Source of the DNA: an uncultured Nitrososphaeraceae archaeon
GTDB lineage: Archaea > Thermoproteota > Nitrososphaeria > Nitrososphaerales > Nitrososphaeraceae
Length of the DNA: 64,000 nucleotides
Direction: 5' to 3'
Assembly (NCBI GenBank): GCA_963779615.1
Contig: CAVZZA010000005.1
Location: 288,001 to 352,000, forward strand
The position numbers and the translations under genes are program-made. The notes beneath the pieces were generated by a model. It saw only the letters and a list, made by a program, of their open reading frames with translations, was not told where the DNA came from and made no database searches. Within the stretch, counting starts at the first letter, position 1. Every line of letters begins with the position of its first letter. Positions 52,088-63,319 of this stretch are shown here, one piece after another.

Positions 52088-53092
52088 ATGTACTCTATAA
52101 TACTAATGTCAAATTCTAATAACGCTGTTAAGGGAGATATGGATAAAAGCCCCAACAATAAAAACAAAAATAGTAAAAAAACTTTAAAATCAAATATTCC
52201 AGTAACTAATGAAGAAGTGAATGCGGGTAAAGCTAAACCCACCCAAAGCCATAAGGATCAAACAGGAAATTCGACTGTACAGAAGAAAAAATCTATAACG
52301 AAAAACAGTAATGACCAACAGGGCAAATTCGCCGATAAAGAAATTGAGAAAAGGTTAAGAATAGAGCATGAGGAGAGAGCCAAGGCGGATGCTGAGAAAA
52401 AAGCTCAGAGCCTTCTGCAACAAGCTGAAGTAAAGTCCAAAATCGAGGCCGAGAAGAGATCAAAGGAAATAGCAAAAGAGGCTGAGGACAAAGCCAGGCA
52501 GGAGGCCGAGAAGAGATCAAAGGAAATAGCAAAAGAGGCTGAGGACAAAGCCAGGCAGGAGGCCGAGAAGAGATCAAAGGAAATAGCAAAAGAGGCTGAG
52601 GACAAAGCCAGGCAGGAGGCCGAGAAGAGATCAAAGGAAATAGCAAAAGAGGCTGAGGACAAAGCCAGGCAGGAGGCCGAGAAGAGATCAAAGGAAATAG
52701 CAAAAGAGGCTGAGGACAAAGCCAGGCAGGAGGCCGAGAAGAGATCAAAGGAAATAGCAAAAGAGGCTGAGGACAAAGCCAGGCAGGAGGCCGAGAAGAG
52801 ATCAAAGGAAATAGCAAAAGAGGCTGAGGACAAAGCCAGGCAGGAGGCCGAGAAGAGATCAAAGGAAATAGCAAAAGATTTTGAATACGTTCCTGAAGAG
52901 GAAATGGGAAACCTAGTCGATGGCTATAACGCAAATGATAAATTAATTAATCCATTTAGTACGGGCATAGACCTATGGCAAAGTTACTCTAGAATGTGGA
53001 TTTTTTTTTATAAAGAAACCATGAACAACACCGCAAAGTTAACCCAAGAGCTAGGGAAATCAGTGCGAGATGGCTTTATAAAAAACGCATAG
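52088..53092 (+). CDS. Charged helical repeat protein (19-aa repeats) with amphipathic C-terminal segment
   Basis: EAEKRSKEIAKEAEDKARQ x7.6; C-terminal NPFSTGIDLWQ segment. Confidence 0.75.
   Translation: MYSIILMSNSNNAVKGDMDKSPNNKNKNSKKTLKSNIPVTNEEVNAGKAKPTQSHKDQTGNSTVQKKKSITKNSNDQQGKFADKEIEKRLRIEHEERAKADAEKKAQSLLQQAEVKSKIEAEKRSKEIAKEAEDKARQEAEKRSKEIAKEAEDKARQEAEKRSKEIAKEAEDKARQEAEKRSKEIAKEAEDKARQEAEKRSKEIAKEAEDKARQEAEKRSKEIAKEAEDKARQEAEKRSKEIAKEAEDKARQEAEKRSKEIAKDFEYVPEEEMGNLVDGYNANDKLINPFSTGIDLWQSYSRMWIFFYKETMNNTAKLTQELGKSVRDGFIKNA
52445..52878 (+). repeat. Perfect 57-bp tandem repeat, ~7.6 copies
   Basis: Unit GAGGCCGAGAAGAGATCAAAGGAAATAGCAAAAGAGGCTGAGGACAAAGCCAGGCAG repeated with no spacers or visible mismatches. 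Confidence 0.97.
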
Positions 53093-53347
53093 CCCAAAAA
53101 ACAGAATGCAAATGCGACACAACCTCCAGGAACAAATAATTGTGTAGTTGCTACACTTATTGATATCCCTTAGTGACTTCCAACCTAAATCCAGTATTAA
53201 CAGTCTTTGCCGTCAAGAAAACATTTCGTCCAAGAGAAACCATATAAAATGAGGCCTTGGTAATGCGGTGTTTGCAAACCGGATTAGCGCAAAATTGCAA
53301 TAAAAACGGAATCTGCCAAAGGAACTTGATGAATTCTGAATGTTTAT

Positions 53348-54317
53348 TCAGGCGTCTCGAATAAGCGAACTTATGACAGCTGTCCACCCTTCCGCGATAT
53401 TTGTGTGGTTATACCCTCCTCCGCCTAATGAAATCAGCCTCCCGTTACAATGCTTGTGCGAAAGATGATGCAATTTATCCGCCGCATAGGCGTGCGATTT
53501 TGAGGTAAACCGTAAATGAGTTAAGGGGTCACCGCCAATACCGTCAGCACCGCATTGGAAAATTATCAGTTCAGGCCTTGCAATGCTATCTATAAAATCT
53601 TCAACTTTTTTAAATGCAACAATAAAATCATCATCTTTTGAACCTGGCTTCAACGGTATGTTTAATTTTGTACCTTTGGCATCCCCAGAGCCTGTTTCTG
53701 TCTCATTGCCAGTTCCTGGATACAGATACCTTCCATCCTCATGCATATCTGCAATAAACACCGAAGAGTCTTCTTCAAACCCATAATAAACCCCGTCACC
53801 ATGATGAGCATCTATATCCACATAACTTATTCTTTTTACACCATACCTTTTTTTTGCCATCATGATTACGACACCTATGTCATTAAACACACAGAATCCC
53901 CCGGCAGAATTCCTTTTTGCGTGATGAAGCCCGCCAATGGGGCTGAATGCATGCAACACCCCATCTCTTCTCTCCATCACCATATAAAGTGCTTTGAGAC
54001 TTGTGCCGACTACATAACATGAGGCTTCATATACGCCTTTAAACGCCGGGGTATCGCCAATATCTAAAAAACCTGCCCCTACTTTTGAAGATGCCTTAAC
54101 CGTATCAACATAATCCGCATCATGGAATTGTCGCAGAATTTCATCTTGCACAGTTTCAGGTTTCTCTATTGTTATTCTATCAGACTGGGAAAGATTCATT
54201 TCATTGAACTTGGACCAGAACGAATAGATTCTATTAGAATTAAATGGATGCGATTCCCCAAATCCATACTTTGCAAGTTCTTTTCCAAAAAATACAGCTG
54301 TTTTGCACACACACATT
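53348..54317 (-). CDS. Histone deacetylase superfamily protein (AcuC-like)
   Basis: HPFNSNR, GGLHHA, GFCVFND, DIDAHHGDG, YPGTG, GADG...DPL, GGGGY. Confidence 0.92.
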
Positions 54318-54591
54318 AAACCACGTACACTGCAAAAAAAGATTTGTTGATCCAAAATATGGTGTACCTTAATTTTTTTTCATTCATGAAATTAACTTGA
54401 CTACGTCTCCAAAGATCAAACTCAAGAATTCCCCAAATTTGGGTTGAAATACACATCAAACACCAAATTCATTACTGCACAATTTGACAATGCGTTATTT
54501 TTTTTTAACCAAAATATAACTATTACCAATGTTTTCTCCTTACCCTTTTTATGAATTTATAAAGATTATTACCATGAGGTGAAAAATTGTT

Positions 54592-54990
54592 ATGATGGAG
54601 GAGATCAACAACAGATTTTATCAGGCATTTCAGAGCTTGTCAATGGAACAGATGGACAGAATCTGGGACCATGGTGATGACATCGTGTGCATACATCCTG
54701 GGTGGGAATTGTTTACAGGATGGTTAGCGGTACGTGAAAGTTGGGTGGCGATATTTCAAAACACCACCAGCATAAAATTTTTAATAACAAATACAAAGTT
54801 ACGTTTCTTCAATGATCTTGTAGTTGCAGTGTGTTTAGAAAACATAGAAAGTAAAACGGGACACAATACAGCCAGATCAGGAATACTGTCTACAAACATA
54901 TTCAAAAAGTCTAACAGCGACTGGCTAATGATCCATCATCACGGCTCCACGGTAGCTGATTACATGACCCCCAACATTTCGCCTGTATAG
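54592..54990 (+). CDS. SnoaL/NTF2-like protein
   Basis: FYQAF, VCIHPGW, VRESW, TNIF, WLMIHHHGS. Confidence 0.85.
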   Translation: MMEEINNRFYQAFQSLSMEQMDRIWDHGDDIVCIHPGWELFTGWLAVRESWVAIFQNTTSIKFLITNTKLRFFNDLVVAVCLENIESKTGHNTARSGILSTNIFKKSNSDWLMIHHHGSTVADYMTPNISPV

Positions 54991-55444
54991 ACATATGCGA
55001 TAATCAAAAGAGCTATAGCATCTTAGATGGAATCTGGTTGTTTTTGATTCGTACCAATTGCTTTTCAACCCATTGCAACCATCTAATGAATTAATCTCTA
55101 TTAATGAACGCCTCTGTATTTGTTGTCAAAATACCAATATGGACACCCACACAAAAAAAAGTTTTCCTCAGATAAATAGCCATTAGATTGTCTCCATACC
55201 CATGATTTGATTTTTAAGGTAATAGGGAAAGGCACTCTCCAGTATTACCATCTTCACCATATACTTTTGTCCGTCCATACAATTATCGAAACATCAATGT
55301 TTGTTCCTGCCTGAAAAAATCAATTTCTGCGCAAAAAAGACACGAACAGTGTTGCAATCGGTTTTTAAAATTCACCTTGCACACCCAAACTCGCTCAAAC
55401 AGAAATATCTATCTATAACCGGAAATCTAAAGAATGTCGTAATT

Positions 55445-56296
55445 ATGATCAACAAAAATTCAAACGATATTGCAATTCAAGGTTTTGGATTATTTCCAAT
55501 CCTTTTTTTAGCTTCATTTTTAATGTCGCCTTTCCATGCTCAAGCTCAACCAAATACTGTCACAGATGGCATTAACGCCAGCGTTGAAAAGGGCGTTCAA
55601 ACGTATTTATTTCATGAGGACTCCAAACCATACGGACTAACTTTTGGGGAATGGACGGCAAAGTGGTGGCAATGGGCTTATGCAATACCAAAAAACACCA
55701 ACCCGGCGTATGACGATACCGGCAGATATTGTACAGTAAACCAAAAAGGTCCTGTATGGTTCTTTACCGGATCCTACGGAAAAGATGCATCACGACAATG
55801 TAGCGTACCTTCAGACAAAGCTATATTGTTCCCGATATTAAATTCTGAATGCTCTTTCGCAGAGTTTCCAAACTTAAAGAACGAAGAACAATTGAGGGTG
55901 TGCGCTAAGGAAACCCAGGACACAGTAACGCAAGTAAAAGCAAGTATTGACGGAAAAAACATCACAAATCTGGAAGGGTACAGAATTCAATCGCCTTTAT
56001 TCAGCCTTTCAATGCCCGAAAATAACCTTGTAGGTTTGCCACCTCAAAGCACTCAAGGGGTTTCAGACGGCAATTGGGTATTTTTGAAACCGCTGCCCGA
56101 AGGTGAGCACATAATTACCTTTAAAGGCGATTTAAGGAATATATCTGACGTTCAGGAAAACAAAAACAACAGATATTCCTTTGCGGGACCCTATGGATGG
56201 GACAACAAAGTTACATACCACACATCATCAATAGTTGGCAGCAGCAGCAGCAGCAGCAGCAACAATTCGTCACTCCCTTCCAACCCCATTACCTGA
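55445..56296 (+). CDS. Hypothetical secreted protein
   Basis: Signal peptide after the ATG at 55445; PYGLTFGEWTAKWWQW, GPVWF, SDGNWVFLKPLPEGEH; poly-Ser tail. Confidence 0.78.
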   Translation: MINKNSNDIAIQGFGLFPILFLASFLMSPFHAQAQPNTVTDGINASVEKGVQTYLFHEDSKPYGLTFGEWTAKWWQWAYAIPKNTNPAYDDTGRYCTVNQKGPVWFFTGSYGKDASRQCSVPSDKAILFPILNSECSFAEFPNLKNEEQLRVCAKETQDTVTQVKASIDGKNITNLEGYRIQSPLFSLSMPENNLVGLPPQSTQGVSDGNWVFLKPLPEGEHIITFKGDLRNISDVQENKNNRYSFAGPYGWDNKVTYHTSSIVGSSSSSSSNNSSLPSNPIT

Positions 56297-56353
56297 GATT
56301 CAAAATACAACTGATAAAGAAAATAGAATCTGACAATTTGTTGAACCTTTTGT

Positions 56354-57270
56354 CGCAAAACCTTGTTTTATTTTCTTGTATGATGGTGTGTAATTCATCA
56401 CAACAGTTTCAATTAACAAGACTAAGGCAATCGGCAAATTCTAGAATCCGCGTCAACAACACAACAAAAACATCACAACAAAAATACATGGGAGAGCAGG
56501 AAAAAGAAAAAAAATTGCTAGGCTACGTGTTTTATGAACGGATGACCCAGTTATTCTGGACTGCTTTCACAGGCTTACAGAATGCAAGTGCCTGGGGCCG
56601 TCAAATGTTTCTTTAACCATGCCTGTTTTTCCATTTATGGCCTTCTTGAAGCTTTGGAGGTTTGTAGATGGTGATTGTTGCATGGTTTGGTTAGAGGTGG
56701 AAGATGCTTTGCTTATGCCGGAATCGGCAATTTTAACCCCGTTTTTGTCTAATAATACATTCGATCGCCCCTGGCAAAATCAAGGGTTTGTAGCATTTTG
56801 TTGTACACATCAAAATTTAGCCCTGCTGCCCAAATTATCAACAGTGATCTGTCGTTATTGTCATTGCTTGTTTTTGAAAACATGTGCATGGCGATTACTG
56901 CCTGGTTGCGGCCGGAACAGCCAGCCTGTAATGACGCCACCAAGAATTACATTTTTTGTGTCGATTGCGCCCTTGTAGTAGTCCCTAAAGGACAAGTTGG
57001 CTGCAGAAAGACTCTGTTGGCGAGAATATGGCTCTACCATATAAACATCACCGTTTCGCATCAAAAAAATCATGGAAACAAAATCCTCGTGTGGTTAGAA
57101 TATTCTGCGCTAATTTTCTTTTTCCTGCTCTCCCATGTATTTTTGTTGTGATGTTTTTGTTGTGTTGTTGACGCGGATTCTAGAATTTGCCGATTGCCTT
57201 AGTCTTGTTAATTGAAACTGTTGTGATGAATTACACACCATCATACAAGAAAATAAAACAAGGTTTTGCG
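56354..57270. repeat. Perfect 157-bp inverted repeat (56354-56510 / 57114-57270) with 603-bp spacer
   Basis: The two arms are exact reverse complements by direct comparison; the ORF track shows the same peptide on both strands. Confidence 0.95.
56520..57100 (-). pseudogene. Decayed Cache (PDC) sensor-domain fragment
   Basis: NGDVYMVEPYSRQQSL..NLSFRDYYKGAI, QAVIA, IWAAGLN, LDKNGVKIADS and FKKAINGKTG occur in shifting frames. Confidence 0.65.
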
Positions 57271-57482
57271 GTGCCTGCTTTTCTATTTGAGCACAACTGA
57301 CGATAAACAGCAAGCCAGAACAACTTATTCCACTATTAGCCTATTCGCGCCATCAAACAGGAATTTAGATAGGTCAAATCACGCCAAACAGGGTGAAGTA
57401 AAACGATAACACAACAATATCAAAAGCAGCAATACATTAGATTAAAAAACATGTTCAGAGATAATGTTATGGATCTTTCTAG

Positions 57483-60173
57483 ATGGACACCATTCATCCC
57501 GAGGCAATAGATTATTTAATTTCTGTAGACGGGTTTTCCGATTTTAATGGTGCGCAAAAAGACATACTCGAAAAAGGTTTTATTGATTATTCATCCAATT
57601 ACATAGTTGCTACAAATACAGGGACAGGAAAAACAGCCCTGGCACAATTGCGTATTGTAGACACTCTAAAGAAAGGACAAAAAGTCGTTTACATTTCTCC
57701 ATACAAAGCAATTGCAGAGGAAAAAAGACAAGATTTTGGATACTATAGCAGATACGGGTGGTCATGCATATCTTCCTCAAATCCTGATGAGACAAAAGAT
57801 TCCATCGATTACTCAAAGTTTAATCTAATATCAATGACTTATGAAAAGTTTGATTCGGTGCTAAACAACCATAGGTTTGTCAATGGGTGGTTAAAGAGGG
57901 TGGGGCTGTTGGTGGTTGATGAAGCACACATGATAAGTGATGCGGAAAGGGGACCCACACTTGAATCATCCATCACAAAGGTTATCACCATTTTTAATAA
58001 AAAAATAAGAATCCTAATGCTCAGCGCAGTGCTTCCAAACGTGGATAGTGTCGCTGGATGGATAAACGCAAAATATGGAACCAGCAATTGGCGACCTGTT
58101 GACCTGGAAGTAGGTTTTGCCCTTTACGGATCAAACACCAAAAACGGTCACGCTAGAAAAAAATTCGCACCTGTCCCAAATGCAGAAAAAATAATCAATA
58201 GGGAATTGACTCCCAAAGAGATTCTTGTAAAGTATGGCAGCCTTAATGCAATCAACAAGATTATTTGCAACAACAATAGGTTGGAGGAAAACCAGGCAAC
58301 AGGCGGAGGCAGAGACGCTGATACTAAAAAAAACGCATCAAATGACGATGAAGATGATGATGATCCCGCAAATAATGCAAGAAAATCAGGCAAAAGTGTT
58401 CATGACACGGCATTACTCGAATCAATTTACAAAGCTTTAAAACATGAGCAAAGAGCCAATGACATATCCAACCCATTGTGGTTTTTGTCAGAACAAATAA
58501 TAAAAGAAAACGGCCAGGTCCTGATTTTTGCGACCGACAGGGCAAGCACAGAGTCCATTGCTTTAAAAATGGCATCCTCAATTCGCAGCTCAAAGAACCT
58601 CAAAACCTATCTTTCAGCCCCGGATATTGAGGAGATAGAAAACAAGTTCATATCAAAAATGAAATCAAAGGATGAAAATCTAATTACTGCCATGGCAAAC
58701 GGTGTAGCTTTCCACCATGCAGGCCTCGATTTACAAAAAAGGAAATTAGTCGAGGATGCATACAAGTCTGGCAAAATAAAGATTCTCACCAGCACAACAA
58801 CACTTATTGCCGGAGTCAATCTGCCCGCAACCCTTGTGATTTTTGATTCGCTGTCATTCTGGAATGGAACAAGCAGGCAGACCATGGCAAAAAGGGATTT
58901 CCTCAATGGGTGTGGGAGAGCAGGACGTCCCGGATTTGAAACTCGTGGCAGGGCTTTAATCATGGCGTCTTCCCTCACATCCGCTGTTCAATTTATTGCC
59001 AGACCCTTGGAAAAAGTAGAAAGCCAGTTTACCCTTGACACCCTCATATTCCAAACACTATCCATAATAAAACGAAATGCAGATGTTGGCCAAAGATATA
59101 CCACAATAAAGGATATAGATAATTTCTTTAAACATAGTTTTTATTTTTCCTGTGGCTTTAAGGTTGATATCCATGGCTATTTGAAGCAGCTTCTTGACAT
59201 GGACATGATCTATGTTTACGAGGGATCTCTAAATGCAGACATAAATAAAATCCGAACAGAAAACATAATCGCCACTAACAAGGGCAGCAGCGGAATTAGC
59301 AGGAGCAGTAACAATAGTAACAATAATAAAAAAATCAAAGAAAAAAAAGATGGTGGCAATATAGATACTGCTATTGAAGACGGACTGGATCTCAAATACA
59401 GCATAACCAGTCTTGGTTATGAAACAATAAGATTCTACTTGAATCCCCGTACAGGGCACCTTGTCCGGAATATGCTTTTTGCATTAGAGGCCTTTATTTT
59501 AAAAACAAAATTCACGTCAAACGAAATATTCAAGAGAGTAAGTATTCCAAGGAAAATCACCGAATTATCCATTATTCACACGCTAATGCATTCAAAAGAG
59601 CTACAAAGTCTTTGGAAAACAACAAAATGGAAAGACGATGAATTTGAATTTGTTAGGAACCACATTGACGAAATAATGGTTAACCAAACTACGTATTTGC
59701 AGGAAAAACTGCCTGAAGACGAGAGAAAGTGCCTGTGTACTGCAATGGCATTTTATGACAAGATGAATATGGAAGACATTGAATACAAAGCAAGCTTTGA
59801 TTCTCTATACCAAAGGTTTGGACGAGGGGATTTTTCAGCCATTCAGGAAAACATGGAATGGTTAGTTGGAGCCACATTAAGGATTGCCAAAGTCATTTTA
59901 AGGACTGATGCAAATTCGCTCCAATCAATTTCAAACATCCTCATCACTTTAGCAAAAAGGATTAATTCTGGAATGGTAAAAGAGGAACTTTTGGAATTAT
60001 GTGGCATACGCGAAATTGGGCGAATGAGATCGTTTGCGCTTGCCAATGCAGGCATAAAAACAATAAGTCATCTTGTCAATACAAACAACAAAAGGATCAT
60101 TGCCGCTGTCCTTGAATCAGAACAATTGGCAGACCGTCTAATAGACAACGCAAAAAAAGCTCATAAAAACTAA
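57483..60173 (+). CDS. Ski2-like SF2 helicase (Hel308-like)
   Basis: TGTGKT, PYKAIAEEK, TYEK, DEAH, LSA, WRPVDL, AFHHAGL, TLIAGVNLPA, GRAGRPG, C-terminal HhH-like region. Confidence 0.9.
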   Translation: MDTIHPEAIDYLISVDGFSDFNGAQKDILEKGFIDYSSNYIVATNTGTGKTALAQLRIVDTLKKGQKVVYISPYKAIAEEKRQDFGYYSRYGWSCISSSNPDETKDSIDYSKFNLISMTYEKFDSVLNNHRFVNGWLKRVGLLVVDEAHMISDAERGPTLESSITKVITIFNKKIRILMLSAVLPNVDSVAGWINAKYGTSNWRPVDLEVGFALYGSNTKNGHARKKFAPVPNAEKIINRELTPKEILVKYGSLNAINKIICNNNRLEENQATGGGRDADTKKNASNDDEDDDDPANNARKSGKSVHDTALLESIYKALKHEQRANDISNPLWFLSEQIIKENGQVLIFATDRASTESIALKMASSIRSSKNLKTYLSAPDIEEIENKFISKMKSKDENLITAMANGVAFHHAGLDLQKRKLVEDAYKSGKIKILTSTTTLIAGVNLPATLVIFDSLSFWNGTSRQTMAKRDFLNGCGRAGRPGFETRGRALIMASSLTSAVQFIARPLEKVESQFTLDTLIFQTLSIIKRNADVGQRYTTIKDIDNFFKHSFYFSCGFKVDIHGYLKQLLDMDMIYVYEGSLNADINKIRTENIIATNKGSSGISRSSNNSNNNKKIKEKKDGGNIDTAIEDGLDLKYSITSLGYETIRFYLNPRTGHLVRNMLFALEAFILKTKFTSNEIFKRVSIPRKITELSIIHTLMHSKELQSLWKTTKWKDDEFEFVRNHIDEIMVNQTTYLQEKLPEDERKCLCTAMAFYDKMNMEDIEYKASFDSLYQRFGRGDFSAIQENMEWLVGATLRIAKVILRTDANSLQSISNILITLAKRINSGMVKEELLELCGIREIGRMRSFALANAGIKTISHLVNTNNKRIIAAVLESEQLADRLIDNAKKAHKN

Positions 60174-60578
60174 TTTTTTACGGCATCAGTGTTCTTGGGT
60201 GAGAAACAGTTTAAATCCACAACCCACATGGATTTGCCCTGTGTTTCAAGTGTTTTACTATAGGCCAGGTTGTCATTTTTTTTACAACAAACCAGAATTA
60301 ACTAAAATCCTAAAGTGACTCAGTCTTGTGAACTGGAACAGCAAAAACATTTTTTTCCCTTTTTGTCTTAATGCCCTTAGATGGGGCCTTTTTGTATTTG
60401 ACGACGACCCTAAAGCATCACTGAAAAAAAAGGGTCTGCTTTATTGGCAACATATAGAGAGCTACCAAGACACTTTAAAATAGTATAATGGAAAAAAAAT
60501 TCGGAATTGAGGCTTGATGGGTGCGAGATATGGACATGAGGAATTTATCGGCAAACTAATAAAAAAAGACTGATTTTA

Positions 60579-61874
60579 CTATTTTGTCATATCAGGCGAC
60601 ATCTCTGGCGGTAAAGGCCTTGCCGCCACGTTTAAGCCCAAATCCGCATACTGCCCATCCCTGTACACAGTCAAGGTCACCGTGTCGCCTGGTTTGGTGT
60701 GCTGATCGATGTACGTAATCAGCTCGTCTGTTTTTGTTATGTTTTGCTTGTCGAGTGCCGTGATAACATCGCCACCATGCTTTTCACCATAATAGTCCGT
60801 TACGGCACCGCGCAGCCCTGCCTTGTCGGCAGGCCCATCCTTCACAATTGTGTTGACATACACCCCCCTGAAGGTCTTTGACAGGTTCTCAAACTGTGGT
60901 GTGACATCGGAAGTCAATGTGACGCCACTAAGCCCCAGATAAGGGTGGGTAAAGTTTCCATCCTGTATGAGGACAGGCGTCTCTTTGGTGATGGTGTTGG
61001 AGGAGATTGCAAATCCTACCCCATCCGATATTCTTGCGGTGTTCATTCCAATGACCTGCCCCTTGATGTTCAGCAAGGGACCTCCAGAATTGCCCGGGTT
61101 TATGGATGCGTCAGTTTGAACGACATCGGGGATGGAGTAGCCGGCATCCTCTGGAAGCAAGCGGCCGGTTTGGCTGACTATGCCCGTTGTCATGGTATTG
61201 TCCAAACCGTAGGGGTTTCCAATTGCTATCACCTGGTCACCGATCTCAAGGTTGGATGAGTTGGCAATGTCAAGTGGGGCAAGGGGTTTGGTCAGATTCT
61301 CTATGATCTTCAAAACGGCCAAATCACTAAACGGGTCTTTGCCCGCCACTGACGCGGTGTACCTGTTCCCATCTGTGAATGTGACATCAAAGACCTTGGC
61401 CTTGCTAACCACATGGTTGTTGGTAATTATGTGCCCCTCGCCATCATATATAAAGCCAGAACCCAATGCAGTAACATTTTGGCCACTGCCCGGAATGGAG
61501 GGATCTGCCGGAGGCGAGGACACCTTGCTTGTAATCTGAACCACAGAATTTTGCACACTCTCAAATATCGAGTTCAAGTGGCGGCTTTGCAAATTGAACA
61601 AATCAGCAACATCGGAGGCGTTGGAGGCGTTGGAGGTGGTGCGGGCGTTGGAGTCCAAGTTTTGCTGAGGTTGCTGCTGCATGTGCTGCGACTGCGAGGG
61701 TAATTGAGTTGAGGGTGCAGCAGATTGAAACGGTGATGATGGTGATGATGTGGAGGAGGCTGGAGTGGTGGAGGAGACAAGGTTTGGGTATGCCCCTGCC
61801 ATTGCTACTGACAACATAATCACCAGAAAAAACAATGTCAAAGGTGACATTACGAAATGGTGGGTATTGTTCAT
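60579..61874 (-). CDS. HtrA/DegP-family serine protease with PDZ domain
   Basis: GSGFIY, TNNHV, DLAV, INPGNSGGPL, GPADKAGL; N-terminal signal/TM and S/P/Q linker; start uncertain. Confidence 0.92.
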   Translation of the reverse strand: MNNTHHFVMSPLTLFFLVIMLSVAMAGAYPNLVSSTTPASSTSSPSSPFQSAAPSTQLPSQSQHMQQQPQQNLDSNARTTSNASNASDVADLFNLQSRHLNSIFESVQNSVVQITSKVSSPPADPSIPGSGQNVTALGSGFIYDGEGHIITNNHVVSKAKVFDVTFTDGNRYTASVAGKDPFSDLAVLKIIENLTKPLAPLDIANSSNLEIGDQVIAIGNPYGLDNTMTTGIVSQTGRLLPEDAGYSIPDVVQTDASINPGNSGGPLLNIKGQVIGMNTARISDGVGFAISSNTITKETPVLIQDGNFTHPYLGLSGVTLTSDVTPQFENLSKTFRGVYVNTIVKDGPADKAGLRGAVTDYYGEKHGGDVITALDKQNITKTDELITYIDQHTKPGDTVTLTVYRDGQYADLGLNVAARPLPPEMSPDMTK

Positions 61875-63319
61875 ACCAGGTTTTAATGCTATGACTCTTA
61901 TAGAAGTTACTGCCATTGCACACAGCAAAGGATTATCAGAATTCTCCAATAGTTTTAGTATAAAATATATCCTTCGCTTTTGTATCCAATCCGTAAACAA
62001 TAATTAATGCTCTCAATATATTCCGATTAATAAAATTAAATTAGTCAGACGATGAGTGAATGGGTCACCATCTTGAATGATTAATCGATGTCTTTTACAG
62101 TTTGTGATGGCACTACCATAAAATGCAATATTATTTGTCGGTTCTAGTCTACACTGTATGAGCGGCTGTAATAATTCCATGCTCATTAAAATTAAATCAA
62201 CTGTCAGTGTTTATTAATAATTTTGTCAATATTAAATAATGTAATAAATGCCTCATTATTTTCATTGATGAATCCGGCCTTTTTATTATTGAACAGATAA
62301 CAATGATAACAATGATCTAAACCACGAAACTACACTGTATGTAACAAGTATTATGAGCGAATCTATTTGGCCATAAGCGTCACTAGTGAAATGTAACATA
62401 TATTTTGAAAATAATGAAAATTATTTGTGTATGTGTATTAAGTATAACCCATGCAATTCTTTTATTTTTTTATCCCGGGTTTATCTACTATGCAATTCAG
62501 TTATCAATCTAATTTCCATTTTAGCATTTCATGGATGCCGCTAATCACACTATATGCCAGGATTTTTCCCACAGATGGCGCTCCAGTCTTTTATCCAGTA
62601 TTAAAATTAGCAAACCAAAAACCAACAGACATTATATGATTTGATAATATTTTGGTCTTCTATTGTCTCATGTATATGCGCAAGACACAAAATATTTCGA
62701 TAAGGACACGCCCGGATAACCCACTAAGACATATTTGAAGTCATTCATTGAAAAGGCATAACATTGTGCTTTAGATTGTTTGCCATATCGCTTTAAAGAT
62801 AAAGTAAAGATGAAAATCCTTATTTTTGAAAACCTGACGAAGGCGTTAATTGCATGCTATTCTATAGAGTATTTTAAACTTTATCTGCAATATGGAGTAA
62901 ATTCCATTCATTACAATTTAGAGAATAAAAAATCCAAACATAATTTGTCAAAAGATAGTGGCATATTTCTGCTTACATTAGTAAGACAGAATAGTCAATA
63001 TGATATCTACAAATATTCCATATGGAATTGCTCCTGTTGTATAAGTATTGGCATTAATCGGAATTATTACGGCAGTTACAGTGTGGTAAAATAATGGTTT
63101 AGTGTATCACAATAGGATAACCACTAATCAAAGCATGTGGACTGAACAAATTCAGCACAATTTTTGATTCTGGGGAAAATGGAAAATTGCAACAATAAAC
63201 AAGATCGGCAGATGAGTGTGGTATTAGCAGGTGAAGGTTTTATAACGCATAGGTACCTTCGTTTTGTAATTTATTAAAAATTTAAGGTTACTATTAAATA
63301 AACATCATCTTTTTTTTAT

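Noticed and set aside
52445-52878. Regular repeats as a CRISPR array
   Set aside because: No unique spacers; the period is 57 bp, in frame within a coding sequence; no cas genes
52293-52934. Long minus-strand ORFs over the repeat
   Set aside because: Shadow frames produced by the stop-free repeat unit
56197-57313. ORFs 56197-56616, 56619-56978, 56798-57151 and 57110-57313 as real genes
   Set aside because: They are shadows of the inverted-repeat arms, the CAG run and the antisense of the Cache remnant
62001-63311. ORFs 62451-62639 and 62780-63094
   Set aside because: Short, AT-rich, no motifs; composition resembles non-coding DNA
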